DNA of 64,000 nucleotides. It comes from an uncultured cyanobacterium. Lineage in GTDB: Bacteria; Cyanobacteriota; Cyanobacteriia; Cyanobacteriales; CAWUOF01. Both the position numbers and the translations under genes were made by a program. Below the pieces are notes generated by a model. That model searched no databases, was not told the origin of the DNA, and saw only the letters and a list, made by a program, of their open reading frames with translations. Positions 1 to 11,198 of the stretch are shown here, piece after piece (the stretch's first letter is position 1; each line of letters opens with the position of its first letter). The stretch is from NCBI GenBank assembly GCA_963744145.1, contig CAVUSO010000001.1:5696001-5760000 (forward strand). The letters are read 5' to 3'.

Positions 1-2685
1 TTGGGTACGGATCGAGTCATGATCTATCGATTTGATCAGGACAATTCTGGTGAAGTAATTGCGGAATCGATTAATGGAAATCGTCTCCCATCCCTCATCG
101 GACTGCATTTTCCCGCTGATGATATTCCACTATCCTATCGAGAGTTACTACTCAACGCGAGAATTCGTTCCATTGTTGATGTGACCAGGGGGATGATTGG
201 AGTAAGTCCATTAGATTGTAGTCAAACCGGTAAATCCTTAGAAACTAGAGAAATTACCTATCGAGCAGTAGACCCTTGTCATATCCAATATTTACGCACG
301 ATGGGAGTGTCTTCTTCCTTAGTAGTACCAATTTTAGAACGGAATGTGCGCGAAGAAACAGCAACAAATCGTCTCTGGGGGTTATTGGTATCTCACCATT
401 CCGAATCTCATTATGTGCTTGAACAAGATTTACAAGTAGTACAATTAATTGCAGATCAAGTATCAATCGCGATCGCTCAGTCAAATTTGCTAGCTCTGGA
501 ACGAGAACGAGCTCAAAGAGAAGCAACCATCAACCAAGTTGCTACCCTATTACATGAATTACCAACCATCCATCTCCAATCAGCATTTAGCGAAACAGTT
601 ACCCTACTTAATGGTGCGGGAGGACGTTTATATATATCACCCTCTGCTGATCAGGGAAGAGAAGTTTATTACTATGGTATTCAACCAAATATAACAGAAG
701 AATTACAAGGATGCTTATTGGAAGAACATCCTATGTGGTGCAAACATTTTGATATTACTGTCCAAAACTCTTGTCGAGTCAACGGAATTTGGGCAATGAC
801 CGATATTTATCAAGAAGCACAACTAGGAAAACTATCCTTTAGCTTTTTTAATACAAAAATTCGGGGAATGTTGGTAATTCCCTTACAATACCGTCAACAA
901 TTTTTTGGTTATTTAACAATTTTTCGTCGTGAAATTGATACAGAAAAATTATGGGCTGGTAATTTCGACCTAGATCAACGTCAAGGTCGTCCTCGTCAAT
1001 CTTTTGAAGTTTGGAGACAGCTAAAAAAAGGTCAAGCTGATCGGTGGACTAGTGCTGATATTGAACTGGCGAAAGCTTTAGGTAATCATTTCTCCATGGC
1101 AATTCAGCAACATATATTGTATCACCAGGTTCAAGGACTAAATGCTAACCTAGAACTACAAGTGCAAAAACGCACTATGGAATTGCAGCAATCTTTGGAA
1201 TTTGCTAAGGTCTTGGGACGAGTGACCGAGCAAATGCGTAGCACCCTGGATTTAAAAACCACGTTGCAAATTATTGTCCGAGAAGTGCAATCCTTGTTGA
1301 ATAATGACCGAGTATTAATTTATCAACTTGCTCCTGATCGCTCTGGAGAAGTAATTGTGGAAGCAGTAAATGGGACATGGGCTTCAGCTTTGGGAATTAA
1401 AGCATCAGGGGAATGTTTTCCCGCTCAATATAACAATTTTTATCTGGAGCGAAAAGTTTGTGCTGTTAATAATACTGCTGAAGTAGAAATATCTCCTTGT
1501 TATCGAGAATTTTTGGAGACTCTTCAGGTCAAAGCTAAGTTAATTGTACCGATCGGGATTGGGTCCCAATTGTGGGGGTTACTAATTGCCCATGAATGCG
1601 GTTATCCCAGAATTTGGCAAAATAAGGAATTGGAGTTACTCAAACAACTAGCTGATCAAGCGGCGATCGCGATTCAACAAGCAGAACTTTATCAACAAAG
1701 CTGTAATACTGCTTTGATTGCGGAAGATAAAGCACGACAATTAGCTCAAACGTTAGATGATCTGCGCCAAACACAAGCCCAATTAATTCAAACCGAAAAA
1801 ATGTCTGGATTGGGTCAATTAGTTGCAGGGGTAGCTCACGAAATTAATAATCCAGTTAACTTTATCTACGGCAATATTGCTCATGCTAGTAACTATATTG
1901 AGGATTTGCTGGGATTAATCGAACTATATCAACAACATTACCCCAATCCGGATTCAGATATTAGTGATCTTTGTGATGCGATCGATTTACAATTTCTGAT
2001 CGAAGATTTGCCGAATATTTTATCTTCCATGAAAATTGGAGCCGATCGGATTCGTCAGTTAGTGCTATCCTTACGGAATTTCTCCCGTCTTGATCAAGCA
2101 GAAATGAAACCTGTGGATATTCACGAGGGGATTGATAGTACCTTGTTAATTTTACAGCATCGGTTAAAGAATAAAGCTGGGACTTTTCCAATTCAGATCA
2201 TTAAAGAATATGGTGATTTACCGCTAGTTGAATGCTACGCGGGTCAACTGAATCAGGTATTTATGAATGTGATTGGTAATGGAATAGATGCTTTAGAAGA
2301 ACGGGATGCACAGCGATCGCTAGAGGAAATTAAAGCACATCCGAGTAAAATTACCATCCGGAGTGCGGTAGTTATGGGAAATAATGGTAGTGGAGGTCGT
2401 GTGGTAATTAGGATTGCAGATAATGGGAAAGGAATGCCAGAATCAGTCCAAGCAAAGATTTTCGATCCTTTTTTTACGACTAAACCTGTTGGTAAAGGTA
2501 CGGGATTAGGACTATCAATTAGCTATCAAATTGTAGTAGAAAAACATGGTGGAGTTTTTAAATGTACTTCTCAACCGGATCAAGGAACTGAATTTTTGAT
2601 CGAAATTCCGATCCGACCAGCTCAAAATGTATCTACTGCTAATTTTGTTGCTATTCCTGTTTCCCATTCAGTCATTGCTAGTTAG
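1..2685 (+). CDS. Knotless phytochrome-like sensor histidine kinase (GAF-PHY-GAF-HisKA-HATPase), 5' end outside window
   Basis: FPADDIP and VDPCHIQYL bilin-binding GAF motifs, PRQSF tongue motif, second GAF with SPCY, H-box VAHEINNP, G-boxes DNGKG/GTGLGL. Confidence 0.9.
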   Translation: MGTDRVMIYRFDQDNSGEVIAESINGNRLPSLIGLHFPADDIPLSYRELLLNARIRSIVDVTRGMIGVSPLDCSQTGKSLETREITYRAVDPCHIQYLRTMGVSSSLVVPILERNVREETATNRLWGLLVSHHSESHYVLEQDLQVVQLIADQVSIAIAQSNLLALERERAQREATINQVATLLHELPTIHLQSAFSETVTLLNGAGGRLYISPSADQGREVYYYGIQPNITEELQGCLLEEHPMWCKHFDITVQNSCRVNGIWAMTDIYQEAQLGKLSFSFFNTKIRGMLVIPLQYRQQFFGYLTIFRREIDTEKLWAGNFDLDQRQGRPRQSFEVWRQLKKGQADRWTSADIELAKALGNHFSMAIQQHILYHQVQGLNANLELQVQKRTMELQQSLEFAKVLGRVTEQMRSTLDLKTTLQIIVREVQSLLNNDRVLIYQLAPDRSGEVIVEAVNGTWASALGIKASGECFPAQYNNFYLERKVCAVNNTAEVEISPCYREFLETLQVKAKLIVPIGIGSQLWGLLIAHECGYPRIWQNKELELLKQLADQAAIAIQQAELYQQSCNTALIAEDKARQLAQTLDDLRQTQAQLIQTEKMSGLGQLVAGVAHEINNPVNFIYGNIAHASNYIEDLLGLIELYQQHYPNPDSDISDLCDAIDLQFLIEDLPNILSSMKIGADRIRQLVLSLRNFSRLDQAEMKPVDIHEGIDSTLLILQHRLKNKAGTFPIQIIKEYGDLPLVECYAGQLNQVFMNVIGNGIDALEERDAQRSLEEIKAHPSKITIRSAVVMGNNGSGGRVVIRIADNGKGMPESVQAKIFDPFFTTKPVGKGTGLGLSISYQIVVEKHGGVFKCTSQPDQGTEFLIEIPIRPAQNVSTANFVAIPVSHSVIAS

Positions 2686-2710
2686 AGGTAATCAGGATGT
2701 TGATTTTAGT

Positions 2711-3226
2711 TTATTGGAAGATAAAACTAAAATCATCAATAGTTAATTGACCATCAAAAGCATAAAAAGTTAGTCGGTAAATATTGTTAGTTTTGAGGGT
2801 AAGTTCCGCGTTGGGAGGGATAGGGGAATCAGAACCAGCTAAATTGGGACCAGGAATTTCTGCATGAGCAATTGGTTTATCATCGCGATCGTAAGCAGAT
2901 AAAACGGTACGACGGGAACTCGTGACAAAAGCGCTAATCCAAGTAATCGGATAGGTAAAAGTTACCTCTAACCAACCATTTTTTGGAGCTCCCATGAGAA
3001 CTGTCATCCCAGAACGACAGGGAAAAGCTGGATTGGAAGGATGAAGAGCGATCGCGTTACCAAAATTTACTCCCCAACGTTGAAATTGACGATCGACAAC
3101 TTCAAAGCATTTTAGATCTTCTAAGTCTAAACGGATCTGGGTGAGAGTTTGCAGGGGTAGGTTAGATAGATTAGGAGAATTATGATGGGGAGAAGCGATT
3201 ATGACTGGTGTATCCATTACTTCCAT
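2711..3226 (-). CDS. Conserved hypothetical cyanobacterial protein
   Basis: 171-aa ORF immediately downstream of the transglutaminase gene, same strand. Confidence 0.7.
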   Translation of the reverse strand: MEVMDTPVIIASPHHNSPNLSNLPLQTLTQIRLDLEDLKCFEVVDRQFQRWGVNFGNAIALHPSNPAFPCRSGMTVLMGAPKNGWLEVTFTYPITWISAFVTSSRRTVLSAYDRDDKPIAHAEIPGPNLAGSDSPIPPNAELTLKTNNIYRLTFYAFDGQLTIDDFSFIFQ

Positions 3227-3233
3227 CTCTAGT

Positions 3234-4097
3234 TCAGTTAGCTGAATCTAACTCTGATAAGGATTCCAACAATATCTTAAATTGCATTTGAGCTTTCGCA
3301 CTAGTGTCGCGCAAAAAACCAGAAACTGGAGTAGTATCAGTGGGACTTGGACTTGCAACTACTGCAATGTGACGATCAGCTACAGCTAATCCTTGAGTTG
3401 GATCATAACCACACCACCCACCTCCAGGTAAGTATACTTCAACCCAAGCATGAAGATGTCTTTCTTCTTGGTCCGGATCTCCTTCTTGATAACCACTGAC
3501 AAACCGAGCAGCTAAACCAACTGCTCGACAAGCTTCCATAAATAAAACTGCGACATCACGACAACTACCAGATTTTTGTTTCCAGGTGATTCCGGGTGGT
3601 AAGGGATCACCATCTATTCGGATTTGATACTGACAATTTTCGTAGAGCTGTTGATTGAGCTGAGTCAAAAAAGCGGAAGTTTCCCCCTTGACAGTGTGAC
3701 TGATTTCTTGAGCTAAGGTGAAAATTGCTGGATCGATTTGACTTGATCCTAAATAAGGTTGCAATTTAGCCAACAAAGATATAGAATAATCGATGGGGAT
3801 TTTGGTTGCTCCCCGATCGAGGATATAATTAAAAGGATTATCACGATAAGTTTCTACTTCTGTTGTGGCTGTAATTTGGAGACTATCGGTAGCATCCCTA
3901 AACCAAATTTTTACAATTGAATTGCCATCTAGGTCAACTATTTGGGAAATTCCCCTGGGTTCCGGTACAATTTTTAAAGAGAAAAATTGCACTGATTGGG
4001 TACTATCACAACGCGATCGCAACCGGAGAATATGGGGTTCTAGGAAAACAGTCCGGTCATAATTATATTCAATCTGGTGAACAATTTGATAGCGCAT
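3234..4097 (-). CDS. Transglutaminase-like family protein
   Basis: GSCRD catalytic Cys motif, ARFVSGY, HAWVEVYLPGGGW, DPT. Confidence 0.93.
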   Translation of the reverse strand: MRYQIVHQIEYNYDRTVFLEPHILRLRSRCDSTQSVQFFSLKIVPEPRGISQIVDLDGNSIVKIWFRDATDSLQITATTEVETYRDNPFNYILDRGATKIPIDYSISLLAKLQPYLGSSQIDPAIFTLAQEISHTVKGETSAFLTQLNQQLYENCQYQIRIDGDPLPPGITWKQKSGSCRDVAVLFMEACRAVGLAARFVSGYQEGDPDQEERHLHAWVEVYLPGGGWCGYDPTQGLAVADRHIAVVASPSPTDTTPVSGFLRDTSAKAQMQFKILLESLSELDSAN

Positions 4098-4120
4098 TCG
4101 AGATTTTTAAATTTGGTTTG

Positions 4121-4332
4121 TAGACAAGAAAGCTGAAATAACTAGGACAGTCAAGATGACTGTCCCACAAAAGTTATTTTTCTGGTGGGACAGACAAGAT
4201 GTCTGTCCAATAAAATGATTTTTGCTAGGTTGAAATAACTAGGACAGTCAAGATGACTGTCCCACAAAAGTTATTTTTCTGGTGGGACAGACATCTTGTC
4301 TGTCCAATAAAATGATTTTTGCTAGAGTTCTA
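4121..4332. repeat. Degenerate MITE/REP-like element with two tandem 97-bp units
   Basis: Unit TGAAATAACTAGGACAGTCAAGATGACTGTCCCACAAAAG... starts at 4134 and 4231; internal palindromes related to the element at 29166-29289. Confidence 0.8.
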
Positions 4333-5298
4333 GGAGCAGATCGGTTCAACTGCAAAAAAAGTTGCAAAAATCTTATCCCCCACTTCATAAATCTGCTGCT
4401 GTAAATGATTCAAAACCTCATGTAAACCAGTCTGAAAAATATCATCAATGGTTAAATAATCTAGTTCTGACCGTAAACGACCTAACGCACGTTCTACCGG
4501 ATCTCTCCAAGTTCCCATTGCGCTTCCAGTAATCTGATGTAATGATAATTCACTCGCAACTAAACAAGAGCGAATTGCGCGGGGAAAATCCCGATCTAAA
4601 ATCAAAAAATCTGCTACTTCCAGAGGTGTAATTCGATGTAGACTGCTCCGTTTACGATACATTTCATAAGCACTAGCTGATTTTAGCAAAGCCATCCACT
4701 GAATTTCATCTAATGTCGTACCTACATCCTTAACCGAAGGTAACAAAATAAAATACTTTACATCTAAAATTCTAGCAGTTTTATCAGCTCTTTCCAACAA
4801 CCGTCCTAATTGACCAAAATGCCATCCCTCATTATGAGTCATGGTAGCATCCATTACTCCAGCAAACAAATGACTAGCCATTTTTACCTGACTAAAAAAA
4901 TCATGGATATCTGGGAGCGATCGCAGCGATCGATTAGAAGTAAATTCTTTTACCATCAGATAAAACGCATTCACTTGTTCCCACATTTCCGAGGAAATAA
5001 TTTCGCGAATAGAACGAGCATTTTCCCGAGCTAAGTACAAACAAGATAGAATCGAATTAGGATAGTTGCTATCAAAAGCTAGAAACTGAATTACATTTTC
5101 GGCTGTTGCTTGATCATAACAACTATTGAACAATACCTGATCACCCATAGTGATCACTAGAGGTTCCCACTGTTGAGTAATCCCACTAGGAGAATCTAAA
5201 ATCAGATTGAGATTAGCATCAATAAACCTAGCAACATTTTCAGCTCGTTCAACATAGCGATTGAGCCAATAGATCGAATTAGCAACACGACTTAGCAT
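4330..5298 (-). CDS. Alpha-E domain protein (DUF403-like)
   Basis: MLSRVANSIYWLNRYVERAEN and GRLLERADKTARILD ER motifs; lies between CP-ATP-grasp and transglutaminase genes. Confidence 0.92.
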   Translation of the reverse strand: MLSRVANSIYWLNRYVERAENVARFIDANLNLILDSPSGITQQWEPLVITMGDQVLFNSCYDQATAENVIQFLAFDSNYPNSILSCLYLARENARSIREIISSEMWEQVNAFYLMVKEFTSNRSLRSLPDIHDFFSQVKMASHLFAGVMDATMTHNEGWHFGQLGRLLERADKTARILDVKYFILLPSVKDVGTTLDEIQWMALLKSASAYEMYRKRSSLHRITPLEVADFLILDRDFPRAIRSCLVASELSLHQITGSAMGTWRDPVERALGRLRSELDYLTIDDIFQTGLHEVLNHLQQQIYEVGDKIFATFFAVEPICS

Positions 5299-5315
5299 AA
5301 TTAAATATTCACAAA

Positions 5316-6749
5316 TTATTCAGTCAGTACCCAGGTATCTTTACTCCCTCCACCTTGAGAGGAATTAACTACCAAACAACCTTTTTTCAGAGCTACCCGA
5401 GTTAAACCACCGGGATTAACATAAGTATTCTGACCATAAAGAACATAAGGTCGTAAATCGACATGACATCCTTCAAAATGATCATCGATGATTGTCGGTA
5501 CTCGGGACAGACAAAGAGTAGGTTGGGCAATATAATTGCGGAGATGAGCTTGAATAAGTTCGGCAAATTTTTCGCGTTCCGCTGGGGTCGCATGGGGACC
5601 AACTAACATCCCATAGCCACCTGATTCATTAGCAGATTTTACTACCAGTTGCTCCAGATTGGCAAGGACATATTCTCGGTGCTTGGCTTCCCAGCACATA
5701 TAAGTAGGTACATTCGCTAAAATTTGTTCTTCACCCAAATAATAACGAATCATCTCAGGTACATAAGCATAGATCACTTTATCATCAGCAATCCCCGTAC
5801 CTAAAGCATTAGCAACCGCAACTCGACCCGAACGATATACTTCCATAAACCCAGGAATACCTAACTGGGAATCGGGACGAAATACTAAAGGATCGATAAA
5901 ATCATCATCAATGCGACGATAAACTACGTCAACTCGCTGTAAACCTTTAGTAGTACGCATTTGTAAATAACCATCTGCTACTACTAAGTCTCCTGCTTCT
6001 ACCAGTTCGACTCCCATTTGTTGGGCTAAAAAAGAATGCTCGAAGTAAGCAGAGTTGTAAATTCCTGGGGTTAAAACGACCACATTTGGATTTTGTAAAG
6101 TCCGTGGAGCAAGGTTGAGTAAAGTTTCCAGAAGATGACTCGGATAATCATCCACTGGTTGAATGGGCATACTAGTAAAAACTTGGGTAAAGGTACTTTT
6201 CATTACCCGTCGATTTTCTAAAACGTAGGAAACTCCAGAAGGACAACGCAGATTATCTTCCAGAACGTACCATTTACCATCGCGATCGCGAACTAAATCT
6301 GTACCCGTAATGTGACACCAGATCCCCTGGGGTGGTTTTAAACCCATACAGGGTGGTAAAAATCCTTTAGCAGAATAAATTATTTCTCCGGGAATAATCT
6401 TGTCTTTGATAATTTTCTGTTGGTCATAAATATCTGCTAAAAATAGATTAAGGGCATGAATGCGCTGTTTTAGACCTCGTTCGATCGTAGCCCATTCCTG
6501 AGCAGCAATAATCCGAGGGATGATATCAAAGGGAAATATCCGTTCCGTCCCCTGACTGTCCCCATAAACATTGAAAGTCACCCCGAGTTTAAACAAAGCA
6601 ATTTGTGCTGCTTGTTGTCTTTGTAAGAGTTCTCCATCTCCGAGAGCATGAATTTTCTCGATCAGGGGACTTACTTCAGGACGAGGTTTCCCTTTCGTGA
6701 TGAATAGCTCATCATAAAAATCTTCTGGGTCGTAATTATCAAATCGCAC
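5316..6749 (-). CDS. Circularly permuted type 2 ATP-grasp protein
   Basis: [47 protein letters not shown]. Confidence 0.93.
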   Translation of the reverse strand: MRFDNYDPEDFYDELFITKGKPRPEVSPLIEKIHALGDGELLQRQQAAQIALFKLGVTFNVYGDSQGTERIFPFDIIPRIIAAQEWATIERGLKQRIHALNLFLADIYDQQKIIKDKIIPGEIIYSAKGFLPPCMGLKPPQGIWCHITGTDLVRDRDGKWYVLEDNLRCPSGVSYVLENRRVMKSTFTQVFTSMPIQPVDDYPSHLLETLLNLAPRTLQNPNVVVLTPGIYNSAYFEHSFLAQQMGVELVEAGDLVVADGYLQMRTTKGLQRVDVVYRRIDDDFIDPLVFRPDSQLGIPGFMEVYRSGRVAVANALGTGIADDKVIYAYVPEMIRYYLGEEQILANVPTYMCWEAKHREYVLANLEQLVVKSANESGGYGMLVGPHATPAEREKFAELIQAHLRNYIAQPTLCLSRVPTIIDDHFEGCHVDLRPYVLYGQNTYVNPGGLTRVALKKGCLVVNSSQGGGSKDTWVLTE

Positions 6750-6910
6750 TTTAGACTGGTTTTGCTTAATTGACGATCTAGACCTTATCAGCTTTTATCA
6801 GTGCATCATGTTCTGGGATAACATTTTGAAGCTCATAATCTTTTCTTTTGGCAAATAAATTGTAAATTTTAGTTAATCTGGTTGAGTGGCACTAAGCAAG
6901 AGGAGATAAT

Positions 6911-8338
6911 ATGAAAGAACACCCAAGTAAAAAATTTGTTCACCATGGGGCGATCGCTGCGGTCGGAATTACTCTATTAACCGTTGATTCCCTAGCATTT
7001 TTTGGACCAAAAGCCTTAGCTCGGAATACTTTTGTGGATATTCAGGGTTATTGGGCTCAAAATTGTATCGAACAGCTAGCACAACGGGATATTTTAACGG
7101 GTTACCCAGATGGGACTTTTAAACCAAATGCACCCTTGACTAAGGCTGAGTTTGCGGCTATTTTACTGAAAGCTTTTCCTGGTGCGAATCAGGTCCGTCC
7201 CACCATCTCATTTAAGGATGTTCCTCCCGAATCTTGGTCAGCTAATGCGATTCAAACTGCTCAAGAAAGAGGTTTTATATCTGGATCTTCCTATCAAGTC
7301 TTTAATCCGAACCAGCAAGTTTCCCGTGTGGAAGCTTTAGTTAGTTTGACGAATGGATTAAAATATAAACCGACAACTTTAACTGTGGATGACTTAAATA
7401 AAGTTTTTGATGATGCAAAAGATATTCCTGAGTATGCTCGGATCGGAATACTAGCAGCAATAGAGAAACGTTTAATTGTTAATTATCCTCAAATTAGATT
7501 ACTCAATCCTAATCAGAATGTAACCCGATCAGAAGTGGCAACTTTTTTATGTCAAGCAACCGCAACTTCTACACAACCATCAGGAGTACCCCTTGAGTAT
7601 ATTGTTGATATACCAACAACCACCCAGGATGCTCAAACAGATGTTCAAACCTTTGGTAATGTTCGAGCCGAAGTTTCCTATCAGAAACAAAACTATGCTT
7701 TAAGCAATCTGCGTTTAAAAATAATTCGACAAGGTCAAACATTACTAGATCAAATTATCCCAGTTCAAGGTAGTATCAACCGTTCTGTTGGTGTAACCGT
7801 GCGAGATTTAGATGGGGATGGAGAACCGGAAGTGTTAGTTGATATATTTACCCGTGGAGAAGGGTGCTGTTCCTATTCTTTAATTTATCGTTATTTACGT
7901 CATCCCAATAGTTATATTTCAATTCAACAGAATTGGGGTAATGTTAAATATAAATTGAAGGAAAATAATCAAGATAATTTACCAGAATTTGATAGTTTTA
8001 ATTATAAATTTGCCCTCCCATCTGAAGAAAATCAAACTGATTTGGTATTTCCACGTCAAATTTGGCAATATCGTCAAGGTCAGATGTTTGATGTTACCCG
8101 TCAACGTCCTGATTTAGTTCGCAGTCATGCGACCATGTTGTGGCAAAATTATCAACAGCGACTTCAAGCAAAACAGGATGTAAAAGGAGTTTTAGCTGCT
8201 TATTTAGCAGATAAATGTCTGTTAGGTCAAAGTCAGGAAGGTTGGAGTGATGTCCAGCGTGTTTATGATGGTGCCGATCGCTCTGAATATTTGATTAATT
8301 TGCAGACTTCTCTTCGCAATGCTGGTTATTTAAGATAA
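6911..8338 (+). CDS. S-layer homology (SLH) domain protein with C-terminal FG-GAP-like motif
   Basis: Signal peptide, GYPDGTFKPNAPLTKAE-type SLH repeats, DLDGDGEPEV. Confidence 0.88.
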   Translation: MKEHPSKKFVHHGAIAAVGITLLTVDSLAFFGPKALARNTFVDIQGYWAQNCIEQLAQRDILTGYPDGTFKPNAPLTKAEFAAILLKAFPGANQVRPTISFKDVPPESWSANAIQTAQERGFISGSSYQVFNPNQQVSRVEALVSLTNGLKYKPTTLTVDDLNKVFDDAKDIPEYARIGILAAIEKRLIVNYPQIRLLNPNQNVTRSEVATFLCQATATSTQPSGVPLEYIVDIPTTTQDAQTDVQTFGNVRAEVSYQKQNYALSNLRLKIIRQGQTLLDQIIPVQGSINRSVGVTVRDLDGDGEPEVLVDIFTRGEGCCSYSLIYRYLRHPNSYISIQQNWGNVKYKLKENNQDNLPEFDSFNYKFALPSEENQTDLVFPRQIWQYRQGQMFDVTRQRPDLVRSHATMLWQNYQQRLQAKQDVKGVLAAYLADKCLLGQSQEGWSDVQRVYDGADRSEYLINLQTSLRNAGYLR

Positions 8339-8368
8339 AATAGAGATGATCCAAGGATTCAATCTACC

Positions 8369-8603
8369 ATGCCAGATCTGATTACTATACCTGGAATACC
8401 TGAACTTTGGACTCATACCAAAGGTGACTCCCGAATTAAAATTGCTATTCTTGATGGTGCTGCTGACTTAGATCGTGCTTGTTTTCAATGGGCAAATTTT
8501 ACTCAGTTTAAACCCTATTGGACAGAAGATATTGAACTCATTGATGAGTATTACCATTACCTGAAATTAGCAACAGATTTTAACCAACAGCAAAAAGCAA
8601 AAA
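8369..8603 (+). pseudogene. N-terminal fragment of a PatA/PatG-family cyanobactin maturation protease (probably PatG-type)
   Basis: MPDLITIPGIPELWTHTKGDSRIKIAILDG..DLDRACF includes the subtilisin Asp motif; ends before the His/Ser motifs, then runs into antisense Uma2 sequence. Confidence 0.7.
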
Positions 8604-8757
8604 ATAGAAAGAGACAATTGGCAATTTGGATATTAACACCCGATTCTGGCGGTATTTCAATTAATTCTCCGTTGAATAATTCATAGAACTTTTCTGAATT
8701 ATTGTCGGATCGCAGATAGTCGGTAAAGCTTTCAAATCGAGGTTTAATAGTTAGCAT
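8597..8757 (-). pseudogene. N-terminal fragment of a Uma2-family (DUF820) protein
   Basis: FESFTDYL..YELFNGELIEIPPESGVN is a typical Uma2 N-terminus; truncated at the junction with the protease fragment. Confidence 0.75.
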
Positions 8758-8768
8758 CTCAATAGTCC

Positions 8769-9383
8769 CTAGCTCTGATTAATCCCTTTTAATAGCTGAA
8801 GTCTTGCCTCTAAAATATCAGGTATTTGTAGACACTGTAATAGTAAATCTATATCTAAACCTGGTAAAAGTTCACTTCGCGTAATTTGCACATAACCGGA
8901 TTCTCGCAAATGGTATAAAGACAATTGATTATTTTGCCAAAACCAAACTTCAGGAATAAGAAAGCGACGATATTTTTCCAGTTTATCGATGCTTCCACTG
9001 GTAATAATAATTTCAATTGCCAAATCAGGATGACTCTTTTTTTCTCCTAAATAATAAGACTCATCGGGTTCAAAAGAAACTTGTTTAGTTTGATCTTGTC
9101 GAGTCGCACTACCGACAGGAAAAAATCTTATTCTTTTTTCAACAAAATAAACTTCTAATAAGAATCTTAAAATACCTTTAATACCTTCGTGAGTTTCCCC
9201 TAATGTCATAAGTTCTATCTTGCCATCTAAATAAGTTATTCGCAAACCCAGTGGAGCCGCTAGCAATGCTTCTAAATCTAGAAATTGCTGCCAACTGTAA
9301 TAACTAGGTAAGGTTAAACATTGTTCATCAATTGAATTATTTTTGTCGATGGGATCGGCTTTTTCAATTAGTTGGATGGTCAT
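8769..9383 (-). CDS. Uma2-family (DUF820) endonuclease-fold protein
   Basis: RITYLDGKIELM, EPDESY, PDLAIEI, IPEVWFW. Confidence 0.92.
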   Translation of the reverse strand: MTIQLIEKADPIDKNNSIDEQCLTLPSYYSWQQFLDLEALLAAPLGLRITYLDGKIELMTLGETHEGIKGILRFLLEVYFVEKRIRFFPVGSATRQDQTKQVSFEPDESYYLGEKKSHPDLAIEIIITSGSIDKLEKYRRFLIPEVWFWQNNQLSLYHLRESGYVQITRSELLPGLDIDLLLQCLQIPDILEARLQLLKGINQS

Positions 9384-9944
9384 AATTTAAAGTGTTTGAT
9401 GTGCGTGCTAGAATTAAGGGAAATACTCGGCGTCATTGACATAACGGGATCATATTCAGGTACTGGACGATTTGTCAAGTTGTTCATCTCAGTTTGGTTA
9501 GTAAATTTCTTCAGTTTATTCTTCATCTTGTTGGGCAAGTCTGGGTGTTCAAGTGCAAGCTAATTTTCAATCCTTCCTGCATTCAGTTCTGATTGGGTTG
9601 ACGGCGATCGCGAGATTAATAACTATATTAGTACGAAAGAAGCGAGCAACTCATTAAAGTTTTATATTTAGCGATCGCACTTCCAACTTATATCAATCAT
9701 TTATCGAAAAATTTTGAGGCGATCGCTCTGGGCGTTATTTATGAAGTATAAAGGTGAATTAATCGAGAGTTAGGAATTCCCTAGGAGTAATTATCTGGTG
9801 AATGATATTCAGCTAGAATCTTGAGTGATAAAAGGTCTTGATCTCCTGTAATTAAAAATATGGTTTTATTCTACATATGAAATAAAACGTTTAAAGATTT
9901 TGGGTAGTGCGACTAACTTGGTGGAAATTGATTTATTACGTCAA

Positions 9945-10173
9945 GTGTTTGTAAGTATAAGCTTTGGCTAGACGTACCCAATGTTCTAGGAGCAAGTACC
10001 GATCAAGTTCGATTTCCTCTAGGCGCTCAAGGGTGCCAGATTTGTTACGTTTCAGTAGCTCACTCATCCTAGCTCGTCAGGCGGGCGTGGGACGAATGGG
10101 CTTCCGGAAGGCGATCGCCCAATAGTTGTAGTCTTTCACCGAGGGGTTCAGGGACTTCTAGGATGACTTACAT
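9945..10173 (-). pseudogene. Degraded small hypothetical (antitoxin-like) gene
   Basis: Manual translation M*VILEVPEPLGERLQLLGDRLPEA / IRPTPA*RARMSELLKRNKSGTLERLEEIELDRYLLLEHWVRLAKAY with stops and a frame break. Confidence 0.55.
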
Positions 10174-10343
10174 GATTTTGGCAAGATTTTGGAACAGTCA
10201 GATTTTTGGCAGAGCTTGGAGGATCATTTAATCAAATCTCAGCTCTAAAAATCACCACAAATCCCAAAATTGAGGCTCAGACTTTTATGATGGAAGATAG
10301 GTTAGGTTTGTAGTTTTTATGGATCGGATTGGGAGTTTTGAGC

Positions 10344-11117
10344 ATGGCTTTTGTGTTTCCTGGGATGAATCCTTATTTGGAGCATCCCTCACTCTGGGCA
10401 GGAATTCATCATCGATTGATTACGGCGATCGCGAATGACTTAGCACCGCAAATTCGCCCCAAATACATTGTTGCTATTGAAGAAAGAGTCTATGAGATGA
10501 ATGGAAGCACAGTCATGGTGGGTGTGCCAGATGTTTCCGTCCAAAGTTCACTCTCTTTATCACTAACAACTCCATCTAATTTGGCGGTGGTTTCTTCAAG
10601 TACACAGCCAATTGATGTGATCTTACCATTACCAGAGATTTTGACAGAGGGATATTTAGAAATTCGCGCTGTTGAAACAGAGGAAGTTATTACTATTATT
10701 GAGGTGCTTTCTCCCAAAAATAAACAAGTAGGAGTGGGGCGGTTGCAATATGAAACAAAACGTTTAAAGATTTTGGGTAGTGCGACTCACTTGGTGGAAA
10801 TTGATTTATTACGTCAGGGAAATCCCATGCCAATGATCGAACAAATTCAAAGTCACTATAGAATTCTAGTTAGCCGGAGCGAAACTCGTCCGAAAGCTAA
10901 ACTTTATGGGTTTAATTTGCAAGATCAGATTCCTGAATTTCTGATCCCACTAAGGTGTGGCGAACCTGAACCTATAATCAACTTAAACCTATTACTCAAT
11001 GAAATTTATGACCAAGGCAGTTATGACTTAAGAATTAATTACAGCCGTCCTCCGATTCCTACCTTGTCAGAACTTGATCTGGTCTGGGTAAATGAGCAAT
11101 TGCAACCGCAGAAATAG
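10344..11117 (+). CDS. DUF4058 family protein
   Basis: FPGMNPYLEHP..W, IEVLSPKNK, THLVEIDLLRQG; ATG at 10344 preferred over the TTG at 10329. Confidence 0.88.
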   Translation: MAFVFPGMNPYLEHPSLWAGIHHRLITAIANDLAPQIRPKYIVAIEERVYEMNGSTVMVGVPDVSVQSSLSLSLTTPSNLAVVSSSTQPIDVILPLPEILTEGYLEIRAVETEEVITIIEVLSPKNKQVGVGRLQYETKRLKILGSATHLVEIDLLRQGNPMPMIEQIQSHYRILVSRSETRPKAKLYGFNLQDQIPEFLIPLRCGEPEPIINLNLLLNEIYDQGSYDLRINYSRPPIPTLSELDLVWVNEQLQPQK

Positions 11118-11198
11118 ATACTTCCGCATCAATTCCTTTTCTATACTCGGAATACCTGAACATTTATAATTTGTTGAGAAACTGGTTTAGGAGTTTTT

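Noticed and set aside
9385..9600. Possible degraded gene on the minus strand (..EHPDLPNKMKNK..NRPVPEYDP..)
   Set aside because: Cannot be assigned to a family without a search
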